From Chiloscyllium plagiosum (taxonomy: Eukaryota), in the NCBI RefSeq assembly GCF_004010195.1, contig NW_025213474.1:1-33459 (forward strand): a stretch of DNA of 33,459 nt, written 5' to 3'. A program made the position numbers and the translations under genes. Positions 22,380-33,459 of the stretch are shown piece by piece; position 1 is the stretch's first letter; the number at the start of each line of letters is the position of its first letter. The notes beneath the pieces are model-generated. The model saw only the letters and a program-made list of their open reading frames with translations. It did not search any database and was not told where the DNA came from.

Positions 22380-22830
22380 TGTGAAAATATTGTACCTGGA
22401 ATTCCTTTAACTTCAGTGGAGGTTAATCTGGTCAGTGCTTGATGTCGAGGATTAATGGAAATTTGGGGAGGTTAGAGGGGCTGAATTGTCTATATCTGTT
22501 CCTAACCATTGTGTCCTTGTGTCAAAAGAATGATGATTGGTTTGAGGGGAACTCGGGCATTCCTATTTCAGACTGGGAAAGGGATGTTCCTTTCTCTTTA
22601 GGATTGTGTGGTCTGTGGTATTCTCATGCCCAAGGATCAGTGAAGACTGGGTTACTGAAAACACTCAAGGCGGAGTTATATAGATCTTTGATGAACAAGA
22701 GAATCAATGTTTAGTGGGAACAGACAGGAAAGGGATGCTTAGTTACCATCACATCAACGGTGAGCATTCTGAATTGTGCAGCAGGCTCGAGGGGCTGAAT
22801 GGCCACCTGCTGCTCTTGCTTCATGTGTTG
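22380..22830 (+). mobile_element. Stacked old CR1 3' tails
   Basis: GAGGGGCTGAATTG at ~22475 and GCAGGCTCGAGGGGCTGAATGGCC at ~22781. Confidence 0.7.
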
Positions 22831-23029
22831 TTCACTCACTCAACCCCTCGATGCTGTTACAGAAAGTGAGGAAGATCGCACTCAGCCATTCAGGATCGAT
22901 TCAATGAGACATGAGGAGACCTTTCTGCCCCTCTAAGGATTTACATAGATTAGTATGAAGTTCTTCAGCCATTTCAGTACATTACGCAGCACAAGAGGTG
23001 GTCACACCTACTTTCTAGATTGCTACACA

Positions 23030-24150
23030 GGAACAGGGGAGCCCTGGGTAACTATCAGGAAATAGATAGTCGGGGGAAATGTTTATTTTCGGGTTGGAAG
23101 TCTTTAACTTGGTGAAGTGCCTCAGAGATCAGTGCAACATCAAAAGCTATGTAGAATATGTCAATGATTTGCGTGTTGGAACTGATTGAATGGAACTCAA
23201 TTGGCTCAACCACTAAGATAGTCATTCGATAAGATGTCAAGTGGAGGTAGAGAGTCTGTAATGTGATATAGACTGGGAAGGTTAGTGTGCAAACCTTCAG
23301 CAGAAACAGGATAACATGGGCTACCAAAGTTTGTGCTGTGGCAGAAGGGTAAAACAACAGTAAACTAATTCAAAGAAGAGAGATCACAAAACTCAGTTAT
23401 ACAAAGGCATTTGTTCACCCGGTACATACATCACACGGGGTTAATATGCAAATGCAGCAAGTAATTAGGAAGGTATATTGAATGATTACTTCATGAAAAA
23501 GGATATCAGGATGCTTTACTGCAGCTGTACAGGGGATTTTTGAGTCAACATCTGATGTATTGTTGGCTGTGATGATTCTATAAATTGAAAAATAAATATA
23601 CTCAATAGATTAAGAAGATTTGCGATGAGGTTTCACTGTACTTGCTCCTGGAAAGAAGGCCTTATTCTGTCATACAGCACGGAAACAGACCCTTCGGTGC
23701 ACCATGTCCATGCCAACCAGATGTCCTAAATTAATCACAATCCATTTGCCAGCACTTTGCCCATATCCCATAAAACCTTTGTGTTCATTCAAATGGCTTC
23801 ATTCAAATGGCTGTAAATACGTAGCTGTCCCAGCCTCCAACATTTCCTCTGGCAGTTCATTCCATACACTCTGTGAAAAGTTACCACTTTTGGCCCTTGT
23901 AAATCTTTCTCCCCTCATCTTCAATCTATGTGCTCTAGTTTTGGACTGCCCTAAGCTAGGAAAATGTTTTTGGATCTTAACTATTTCCTTGATCCTCATG
24001 ATGTTACAAACCTCTATAAGGCGAGAGCACTTCAGGGTTGAGAATGAGAGGCGTTCATATTGAACCGCATAAAATATTGAGAAGAGTGTATGTGGTGCAT
24101 AGCCTATGGACAATTTCTCTGGTATGGGAGTCTAGAACTGAGGATTTAAA
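23030..24150 (+). mobile_element. Old CR1 fragment interrupted by an inverted CR1 3' end
   Basis: Decayed RT-to-3' collinear blocks at 23030-23665 continue at ~24020 (GAGAATGAGAGG..ATTGAA..CATAAAAT). Confidence 0.65.
23670..24020 (-). mobile_element. CR1/HER1-type LINE 3' end, inverted insertion
   Basis: Minus ORF 23799-24113 includes SKTRAHRLKMRGERF...NFSQSVWNELPE. Tail CCGAAGGGTCTGTTTCCGTGCTGTATGAC ends at ~23669. Confidence 0.9.
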
Positions 24151-25447
24151 TGTAAGAAAACAACATGCATATGTTATATACTCTTTTCATAGTATAAGAA
24201 AACAATTAATATGCAGCTATGAGTTTATTGGACAAAAATATGAGGACACATACACACGTATCTTCATTAAAACTCCTACATGGAGCAGAGAACAGGGACG
24301 AAGTCATACAGTTCTGAGAATTCTCAAGGAGGCCTCACGTGGTCCAGTTTCGTGGTCAGGTAACATTATTGTATATTTCTGTTGAGATATGGAGAAAATT
24401 CAGAATGCTGGAGAAGCCACTGCTTATTGCTCCCTCTCTTTCTTGTTCCTTCTCGCAGCAATGTATGAGAGATGAAAACCGTTCAGTCATCGTTACCATT
24501 CATGTAGGATTACTGTTGAGGAATCATTGGCATCTCCCCACAGCCTAAAATCAAAGGTAATTCAGCCAATCCGACTGTTCCAGGAATAAATACTGCTTGT
24601 GTGAGCAGAACAACCTCAGAGGCCGAATAACATTTAATTAATTTAATTTTGTCTTGAGTTTAACTATTGCTTGGACAAAGTTATTTCAAGCTGATATTTT
24701 GCAGAGTTTCTTTCCCTGCTTGTCTTTAGGCATGTGTATGTGTGTGTCTGTGTGCACTTGAGTGTGTGACACGTGTGTGTCTTAGTGTGTGTGTCTGTGT
24801 GTATGCACAGACTGCATCTCAGTATGCATTGAAAGATAAATATTAATGTACATATTTGTCCAACCTATTTGCCATGTATTTTTTCATCTTAGCTTTGAGT
24901 AACTTTGCTTTGGTGAATTATTCTTGCAAATGTAAGATATAGAGCTGACTTGTCCCCAGCAAAGAACCTGACCTCGTCTGAGACCTATATCATTGGTCAT
25001 ATCACCAACCTAGTTGCATTTAAAATTTATCATGATCAATGGAGGAACGGGATTAACAAAAGGAAACATTGATTGGTCTAACCCCAGTCTGAACACCGAA
25101 GAGGAGAATTTCACAAAGGTTTGTTTGAGTTGGAATGCTCTTCCCCAGAAGTTTGTGGTGCCTGTGTGTGTGCATTTAGTCAAAGCTATGGTAGTTAGAT
25201 ATTGGACAGTAAAGGACAATGAACTACAGATATGGAAGTGGGGCTGAGAACACATCCAGGTCAGCCACGATCTTACTGCCTAGTTGAGAGGGCTTAAAGT
25301 GTCTAATGACACACTCCTACTCCTCAGCCCTACGTTCCTATGTTCCATTCAGTTCCTCAAAACTACAAGACAGGAGCGTTTGGAGTTCATTTACACCGAT
25401 AGCCTGGTGCACAGAAACAAAGGAGACCATTCAGTGACTGAAGACTC

Positions 25448-25545
25448 GAGAGAATAGCGCTGTAAAAGCACAGCAGGTTAGCCAGCAGCCAAGGAGCAGG
25501 AGAATTGCCGTTTCTGAGCAAAAGCTTCTGCCCGAAACGTGGTTT
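25448..25545. mobile_element. Short Penelope-like-derived element, internally collapsed
   Basis: GCTGTAAAAGCACAGCAGG..GGAGCAGGAGAATT..CGTTTC (inverted tail) joined to TTCTGCCCGAAACGT. Confidence 0.6.
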
Positions 25546-25554
25546 CAACATAAT

Positions 25555-25800
25555 ACAAGGATGCCATTCAATCCATTGAAACTATTGGAAAAGAATAGGA
25601 ATAGCCCATTCAGACCTTCCTGCCTATTACACAAGGAGTGAAGGAGTGTAGTCAGCACATCGAGATGTTAAACAGGAGCTGGAGTCGCCAAGTCAGGTCC
25701 TTGAGCTGCTTCCAGATGATCAGGACCTGGCCATTCAGCCTATCAAACCACGTTTACAGAAATAGAAAGATGCCTTTGATGCCCCAACATGACAAATAGT
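25555..25800 (+). repeat. Degenerate ~42-bp minisatellite
   Basis: Recurring CCATTCA(G/A)..CCT(A/G)TTACACA..AGGA motifs, same type as 31045-31775. Confidence 0.65.
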
Positions 25801-26464
25801 GAAGCAGAGTCTACTCAGATAGACTGCTCTATGTTGCTCCTCCTGGTTCCTTTGCTCGTGGTACACATGTGTCATTTTAACTTGGTTTGCTGAACGTGAG
25901 AGGGAAAAGTGAATGGTTTGTGCTAAGTCTCAAGGAAATGGCTTCTATCTCCGAAAAGACATTATTGTACTCCTATAGAGGACAGAGGCTGGTGGGAATG
26001 GCGAACTATTTCAGGAGTAAGGCATTAAGGCTGCTGATAGATTTATGAACAGTGCAGAGACACACACCAACTGCACATTGAGACGGTGAGAATTCATTCA
26101 GAGCCTGGAGCTCCCTCTCAACCAGCATGGGGTCTCCACACTGAAATGTGAACTACTGGGAATTACATATCATGGGGAAAATGCAAATTCTCACAAAATC
26201 ATCATCTTTTTTCTGGACATACGAAATGTTAGTCCATGATCCTCAAATTTAAATGTAATCGCTTGTTATTCTCTCGCTGTGCTACGTATTTCGCTGGATT
26301 ATCCTCTCCTAACTTTTATCAGTTAATTATCATTTCCACAATGTAATTCAATAATTTGCTTGCAAAGGTGGAAACATCTTATTGCACAGTTTGTATGTCT
26401 TTTCTTTTTTAGATTTGTTGTAGCCTTAGCCTAAAAGTACATGTTTTGTTTACTGAACAGCATT

Positions 26465-26712
26465 GGGCAATTGTCTGTGTGGCGTTTGCACATTCTCCCC
26501 GTGTCTGCGGGGGTTTCCTCTGGGTGCAACGGTTTCCTCCCACAGTCCAAAGATATGCAGGTTAGGTGAATTGGCCATACTAAATTGCCCATAGTGTCAG
26601 GGGTGAATAGAGGGTAGACGAATGGTTCTGGGTGGGTTACTCTTCGGAGGGTCGATGTGGACTTGTTGGGCCGAAGGGCCTGTTTCCATATTGTATGTAA
26701 TCTAAAAAAAAA
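26465..26712 (+). mobile_element. HE1-type SINE lacking its tRNA head
   Basis: TTTGCACATTCTCCCCGTGTCTGCG..GGTGAATTGGCCAT..TTGTTGGGCCGAAGGGCCTGTTTCC followed by an A-rich end. Confidence 0.92.
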
Positions 26713-26974
26713 GTGACCTGTTTAGCGGGATTCAAGGGTCAGACAGAGTATGTATTTTCCATGGGCTAAGAAACAGAAAGGAATAGAAGACAGTGACTGT
26801 GGAGACTGATGAGGAGTAAAGTTACATCCCCCAAGTTCCCAAGGTCTTCTTGACAGACAGAATAAAATCAAATGTCGAGGAACAAACAGAATATATTCGG
26901 AAGAAGGAATAGCAAATGACAGTGTAAATAAAACAGGATAATTTGAAATGGAATGGCCGAACAATGATTGATCA

Positions 26975-27172
26975 GTGTGTGTGTGAGAGAGAGAGAGAGT
27001 GTGTGTCTGTTTAGGTGTGAGTGTGTGTGTCTATGTGTGTGTGTGTCTGTGCGTGAATGAGTGTGTGTGTTTGTGTGTGTGAGTGCGCGTCTGTGTGGGT
27101 GGGTGTCTGTGCGTGTGTCTGTGTGTCTGTGTTTGTGTCTGTGCGTGTGTGAGTGTGTCTGTGTGTGTGTGC
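26975..27172. repeat. (GT)n/(GA)n microsatellite
   Basis: Directly visible. Confidence 0.95.
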
Positions 27173-27819
27173 ATTCGTAGGTGCAGATACATAAGACTGT
27201 TCATATGTGTGCACCATATTCAGAATGAACAAGGGAGACATAGTTAACAAAAATGATACATGTGATGTACAAAATTTATAAAACGTTAACATGTTATTTA
27301 GTCTTCAGCTGAGATGTTATGTTCCCGTTCTTTCAACGTACACTCTGCCTCTTACCTCTTCCTTGCATTCCCAGACCTAATCTCTAATTCTTATCAGGAT
27401 GTATGTTATAAATTCCTGCTTCTTGTGTTACAATTTATTTCAGTTAATCAATTTTCTACCGGGAAACATATACATTGGCCTGCTGGTTCTGTCAACAGCT
27501 GTTGCCTGTCATATTGATGGAGATAAAAGTTCTGGCATCAGACCCACATTTCAACATGTTAATCTGTTGCACATACACTGTATAAAGGACCACAACACAC
27601 AGGAATTGTCAAACCAAATACAGATGTACATCTATATCTATCAGTCATGTAGACTTCTCTATTTTTATGTCTCCATGTCTATATTCTCTCTCTCTGTCTC
27701 TCGATTTCTCTTTTAATCTAATTAATAAATCGTCCAATCGTTCTTTCTGTCCCATGCCTCAGACTTCCCTCCTTCTGTTTACATCTATTGCTCACTTTTG
27801 GATGTGCTGTCTTATAATT

Positions 27820-28660
27820 GAGTAATGTAACTACAAGACATGAGGGAGCAGTTGGTCAGAGTTAGTTGGAAGGGAAGCTGAGCACGGGAAGATGGTGAAG
27901 CAGCAATGGCAGAGGTATCTGGAGATAATTCATCAGCACATCAGAAACTCATCCCAAGTAAAAAGAACAATATTCAGCAGAAGACAAGTCAACCGTGAGT
28001 GATAACGAATTCAGGGAAAGCATAAAAACAAAAGCAAATGCACACAATGTGATGAAGATTATTGGGAATCCAAAGGATTACGAAGTCTACAAATTCCAGC
28101 ACGGATAACTAATAACAGCAAATGGGAGGAGAGTGTGAAATATAATATTACGCTTCTTAATCGTGTAAAAAAATATGGAAAGCGATTTTTAGATATATAA
28201 CAAGGAAGACAGGGAGTAATAAACAAACAAAGGACTGTTGGAAAATGAGGCTTAAGTAGTTATGGGAAGCAATGGAATGGCAGAGGAATTGAATAGATAC
28301 TTTACATCAGTCTTCACGGTGGAAGACACCAGCAAAATGCCAGAACTTCAAGACAGTCAGGGTATAGAGGTGAGTATACTGACCTCAGTAAGGAGAAGGT
28401 GCTAGGAAAGGTGAAGTTGAATCAATCAGCGAGACCAGTTGGACAACAGCTCGTAGTTCTAAAGAGATATCGAATGTAATTGTGGAGGCATTGCTGGTGA
28501 TCTTTCAGGAAACTTTGGAGTGAGGGAGGACTGGTAAATGTAACCTCCCCATTTAAGGAGAGAGGGACACAGAAGACAGGAAATTATAGAAGGACTTATT
28601 GGATCTTTGGGTTTATGAATAGATGTGTGGAGTATAAGAACAAGGAAGTTGTGAAGTATA
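27820..28660 (+). mobile_element. Decayed CR1-type LINE ORF2 (linker/pre-RT)
   Basis: ATGGCAGAGGAATTGAATAGATACTTTACATCAGTCTTCACG (MAEELNRYFTSVFT), ALLVIFQE and QKTGNYR. Confidence 0.8.
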
Positions 28661-28813
28661 TTGGAAATAGTGTGATTAAGCTACAGCATAACAAGAGTTA
28701 CGTTTACAATGCCATTGCGAACATCAACGATGAAAGTACGTTTAAAACAAAGGAAATCAGTTCTAAGCAGGCAGGAGCATTAGTGACAAAAAGACTGTTT
28801 CCTAGATCCTGCA

Positions 28814-28859
28814 GTGAGAATGTTGAGATAAGCTTGTGAGAATGTTGAGATAAGCTTGT
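28814..28859. repeat. Perfect 22-bp tandem duplication
   Basis: GTGAGAATGTTGAGATAAGCTT x2. Confidence 0.95.
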
Positions 28860-28992
28860 CAGTAAACAGACAACAAGGAATGCATAAAAAGCACAATAAA
28901 ACCTGTTGCTGATAAGGTCTCAACGTGCAACTATGTAGCCAATACATATGAAGCTGAAAAAGCAAAGCAAGTGAGACACCATCCTAGGAAGA

Positions 28993-29500
28993 CGACAGTC
29001 AACGTTTCAGGCAGAAAGACTTCATCAGGATTGGGGTGGGAAAGGCGAGCCGGGAAGTAAATAGAGGGAGGGCAGTAGGGCTGGTGGAAGGGTAGGTGGA
29101 ATGGCGATAGGGGGATGCAGGCAGGGAATTATTGTGATTGGTCAGTGGGAAGGCTGCCACAGATATACGAATGGGAAGATGGACGGCTTTGGTCAGGTCA
29201 GGGAAGGGGACATGGGTAGAGAAATTTTGAAGCCAGTGAAATCAATATTGAGATCATTGAGCTGGAAGGTCTCCAGCTGAAATATCAAGTTGTGTTCCCC
29301 AGTTTCTGTTTGGCTTCACTCTGACAGTGGAGGAGGCCAAAGGTGGACCTGTTGCCGGATGAACACGGGGAGGGGAGTGATTGAAATGAATGGCAACTGG
29401 AATGCTGAGTTTTTTAAAGTGTGCAGAGAGCAGATGCTCATTGAATATGTCCCTGAGTCTCCCTTTGGTCTCCACAAAATAGAGGAGACCACGTTGGGAG
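28993..29500 (-). mobile_element. Penelope-like element 3' part (GIY-YIG endonuclease remnant + tail with hammerhead core)
   Basis: Minus frame GLLYFVETKGRLRDIFNEHL...PVAIHFN. CTGATGA (29028-29022) ... GAAACGTT (29008-29001). Confidence 0.85.
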
Positions 29501-30030
29501 TTGGAGACGAGCTCGGTAGGTCAGGATTAGGCTCTGTGTGGAGTATTAGTGCTCTGCACGAAACAACCAACCCGAATTTCCAGTTACCATTCATTTTAAT
29601 TTCCACTGCCACTCACCTGGCGACATGCCCATCCTTAGCCAGTCCACTGTCAGAGGAAAACCACCTGAGAGTTTAGCTTTGAAGCTGATAGCCCAGTGGC
29701 CTCAATATTGACTGAAGCCGCTTCAAAAGCCCTCTACCCACAGCCTTATCCAATGTCCCTTTCTCCTGACCAGACACACCTGTATCTGCTCCATCCTTCC
29801 CACTGACCAATCACAGTAACCTCATTCCTGCATGTGCCTACCACCACCATATCTACCTGCCATCCTTCCATATCCTATCACTCCATTTCTGGGCTCCCCT
29901 CCTCCTCATCAGTCCTGACGAAAGGCCCAATATCAAAATAGTGCCTTTGCTGCTCCTCTGATTCTGTCTGGTCTGCTGTGTTTATCCAGCTCCAAGTTTA
30001 TTAACTCTGGCCTCCCGCACCTATAGTACT
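29501..30030 (+). mobile_element. Penelope-like element 3' part, inverted partner of 28993-29500
   Basis: CCTTCCCACTGACCAATCACA is the exact reverse complement of TGTGATTGGTCAGTGGGAAGG. PVTIHFN remnant. CTGACGA at 29915. Confidence 0.85.
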
Positions 30031-30134
30031 TCCTCTCTCCAAGCTGTGGAACTAGGTGGTCCACATCTAAGAAGAAATAAATTTGGACATTTGAAAAGAT
30101 CGCGGACACATTCGTTATTTCATAACAACCTAAT

Positions 30135-30475
30135 ACACACCTTCCAGATGAAGCAGCATTTCACTTGTACTCTTTCACTTGTACTCTTTTGTGTCTCCTG
30201 TCATTGCTGCTCACAATGCAGTCTCCTTTACATTGGGGAGACCAAACAGAAACTGTTTTGAGGAACACTCCCACTCTGTCTGTGGGAATAACCCTGACCT
30301 TCTCATTGCTTCCCATTTAAATAAAGTACCTTGCTTTCATGCTAACATTTCAGTCCTGGGCTGCTGTAGTGCTCCAATGAAGCACAACTCAACCTCGAGT
30401 AACACCTCACTTTAGACCTTGGTACGTTCTATCCTGAAGGAGTTTTTATTCAATTCCATACTTCCACAGCCTGAC
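30135..30475 (+). mobile_element. Penelope-like GIY-YIG endonuclease fragment
   Basis: FQMKQHFTC...CSQCSLLYIGETKQKL, then frameshifted FEEH..SV...PDLLIASHLN. Confidence 0.85.
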
Positions 30476-30774
30476 CGCATTATGGCTGTTCTCCATTCTT
30501 CACACATTCTTTCTCCTGGTCTCCCAATGAACTTGCCCTGTTTGTGAATCGTTTGTCTTGCACTTAATTAAGGAACCCATTTGCCCCCTTCACAATCTAA
30601 TTAATACTCATTTTAAAGTTTGGGTGAAGATTTGTAGCTCGGGTGTTCGTTATTCTCAAGTGTTATTATGACATTTTCACCAGATCTCCCGTTATGCTCG
30701 TGGAGTAGAGAAGGACAATGATCTTTCAACAATGGTATGCATTCCCCCAGACAGCTGAGCGTGCTCTAACCTGG

Positions 30775-31030
30775 CTGGGAACCTTACAGCCGACTGGTAA
30801 AGTGTTGCTGATGCTGTACAGGATTATAATCAGATCACATCTGGAGTTGTGTCCACAGCTTTAGTCTCCTCACTGAAGAAAGGATATTGCTATATTGGAA
30901 GCAGATCAGAAATGGTTCCTTCAACTGATTCCCGCAATGAAGCGGTTAACTTACAAGGAATGGATTATCAGGTTGATCCAATACGCATGAGAGTTAACAA
31001 GACTGAAAAGTGACCTTATTTTTACATAGA
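30775..31030 (+). mobile_element. CR1-type LINE fragment
   Basis: LMLYRIIIRSHLELC...SPH.RKDIAILEA.Q, the CR1 C-terminal LYxxLxRPHLEYC block. Confidence 0.75.
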
Positions 31031-31044
31031 AAACCGGAAAGTGT

Positions 31045-31775
31045 CAGCAACAGAAGCCAATTACACAACCAATTCCATTTCTCCAGCCTGTAACACAGGA
31101 ACAGCAGAAGGGTATTCAGGACTTCGAACCTGTTACACCAGAACAGGACAAGGTTATTCAGCCCCTAAATTCAGCCCCTCGAGTCTATAACACTGCACAC
31201 AGAGTCGGCCACGAGGCACCAGTATCCTGTTATGCAGCAACAGGATCAGTCCATTCAGGCTCCTCAATTTGCTAACACAGGAACTGGAAGAGATTGGTAC
31301 ACTAGAATAACAGGAGGACATTCAGCACGAGAAATAAAGAAGGAGATAAAATTATTTGAGACTTGTTACGGAAAGGTGGAGGTAATTCACCCATGTGTCT
31401 GTTGTATGGGAACAGAAGAAGACAAATCACTCCTTCGATCCCATTTCAGGGATGCAGGAGGTGATTGTTCAGTATCTCTAGCCTGTTGTGAAGGAATATG
31501 AAGAGACCTTTCAGCCCCTCAAAATATTGCACAGCAACAGGAAAATTCCACAATCCCTCAGGCTTCTGACATATTATCAGGAAGAGGAGAAGCAGGTTTT
31601 GAATCTGTAAATCAGGACATTCCGTCCATTGAGACTATAATGTAGGAACACCATGGGGACATTCAGCCCGTTGAGCGTGTAAACCAGGAACTGAGCGAAT
31701 CCATTCAGACACTCATGCCTATTACACAGCAATTGGGGTAGATCTTTTAAAGATTTGTACCTGTTTCAGAGGAAC
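31045..31775 (+). repeat. Degenerate ~42-bp minisatellite array
   Basis: Units such as AGGAACAGCAGAAGGGTATTCAGGACTTCGAACCTGTTACAC. ATTCAG(C/G) recurs at roughly 42-bp spacing. Confidence 0.8.
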
Positions 31776-31849
31776 ACGGGAAAGGGAACGTAGAGGGTAC
31801 AGAAAAGTTAGAAATTAGGATAATCATCTTCACTTGTCAACAAAAGGTT

Positions 31850-33100
31850 GTGAGCAAACTGTTGGGAATTAAGGGAAATTGTGAGACTCCATTATTAATG
31901 AATTAACAACAGCGGATTTGCAAAGTAAAACCAGAATACATCAGAATCAGCATTTTTTAAGCATTTGTTTGCTCGAATTCTTTAAAGATGTGACATGCAA
32001 AGTTAGACAATAGGTATCCTGGAGGAGTAAACCTGGACTTTGAAAAGGGATTGATTAAACGCTGCACAAATTATTACGCTGTAAAATAAGAGGACATGGG
32101 TTTGGGAGGAAGTTATTCGCCTGGATAGTGGGCTGGTGAGCCAACAAAATGCAGAGAGATAGAATAGTTGTTTCGTTAGTGGGTGGCAACTTTTGGGGTT
32201 CCATTGAGTTCAGACCGCATGACCTGACAATGTACCATCCACAGCCACATTTTCAGCTGACACTAAAACAAGTGGAAAAGTAGGTTGATGTAATGAAGAT
32301 GTAGAACATTTACAAATGGGCATGAACAGTTTAGATGAATGTGCCAACATCTTGAAGCAAAAACTTAACGAGGATATTCCCCAGCGGAATCCAACATGTT
32401 ATGGAAATGGACAGCAACTTCAGAGTGCTTACTTGCAAAGGCATCTGGGTGTCCTTGTGCAGACCACAGAAAACTCACATGCAGGTACAGCAGGGAATGG
32501 GAAAAGCAAGTGCATTTTCAGCATTTACTTATTAAAGTATAGAGTATAAATAGAGGGGAGAATTACTGCAACTCTGCAAGATATGAGAGAGACGGTAACT
32601 GACGGACTGTGTTCAGGTTGGTTGTCCTGACTGCAGGAGTGATGTTGTTTCAACAAAGGCAGTTCAGAACAAGTTCATTAGATTGATTCCAGAGATGAAT
32701 TTGTCTTTTAAAGCGAGCGAGTTCGAGCAGTTCAGGCCGATGGACTCTAGGTTTAGAAGAATGAGAGGAGACCTCATTGAGGCCTGAAGGATGTTTAAGG
32801 TGATTGACAATGTCGGTGTGGAGTGGATATTTCCTCATCTGGGGCAAACTAGAACAAGAGATCATGGTTTTAGGATTAGCAGATTTAAAACAGGAGTGAG
32901 GAGAACTTTCTTCTCTCAAAGGGTTGTGAATCTGTGTAGTTCACTGTCCCAGTGTGCAGGGGATGCTGGGACTTTGAGTAAATGAAGGGATATGGAGAGC
33001 AGGCAGGGGAATGGAACTGAGCCGGCGATGACAGCAGTCATGATTGTATTCAATGGTGGAACAGGCTTGAGAGGCTGGATAGTTTCTCTTTCTTATTCAG
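31850..33100 (+). mobile_element. Decayed CR1-type LINE, RT to 3' tail
   Basis: NQH, LDFEK, FSADTK, QRHLGVLV and ORF 32791-32985 TRTRDHGFRI...FFSQRVVNL. Tail GGCTTGAGAGGCTGGAT. Confidence 0.85.
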
Positions 33101-33204
33101 CCCTTCGACTGTGCTCCACAGGAACGGGGGAGGACTGGTTATCTATCAGGAAGCAGGCACTCTGGATAAATCAGTCTTAAACAGTTTGACAGAACGTAAA
33201 CGTT

Positions 33205-33459
33205 GGAGTCACACAGTGACCAGTGCTGGGTCCTCAACTGTTTACAATCAATATCAATGATCAGGATGGTAGAACAGATGGACTGCTACTAAGTTTGGTG
33301 ATGACACTAAGGTAAGCAAGACATTAAATTATCAAGAGAATGTGGAGAGTCTGCAAATTGATATGGACAGGTAAAGTCAATGAATAATACTTTCCCAAGT
33401 GGAATATAACGGAATGTATAACCTGCCAGCTTTTTCAGGAAGAATGGAAGGCAGTATGT
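33205..33459 (+). mobile_element. CR1-type LINE RT core fragment
   Basis: VLGPQLFTININD...KFGDDTK (FADDTK motif) ...LQIDMDR. Confidence 0.85.

Noticed and set aside
27310..27600. Possible additional module copy or exon after the GT repeat
   Set aside because: Similarity to the module could not be distinguished from chance by eye.
31232..31501. 89-aa plus ORF
   Set aside because: Read-through of the degenerate 42-bp minisatellite.

Overview
Eukaryotic, repeat-dense vertebrate DNA, most likely from a shark or other cartilaginous fish. This is inferred from HE1-type tRNA-derived SINEs, many CR1/HER1-type LINE fragments and Penelope-like elements. No intact, recognisable protein-coding gene, rRNA, true tRNA or CRISPR array is visible, and most listed ORFs are retroelement remnants, their antisense, GT/CA-repeat read-through or gap artefacts (N-gap 19511-20426). 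Clear content: a decayed ~4 kb L1-type LINE, a nested CR1 > solo-LTR > CR1 tail + SINE stack, an inverted Penelope-like pair with hammerhead-core remnants, and ~42-bp minisatellites apparently derived from the CR1 3' tail. Under the repeats the window looks like an old tandemly duplicated cluster. An unidentified ~175-bp module recurs 3 times clearly, gap-free over its core, and perhaps 5 times, and one 456-nt open exon-like segment with canonical splice sites lies on the minus strand (20697-21152). I cannot assign these to a known family. Repeat family names come from recognition by eye and boundaries are approximate.
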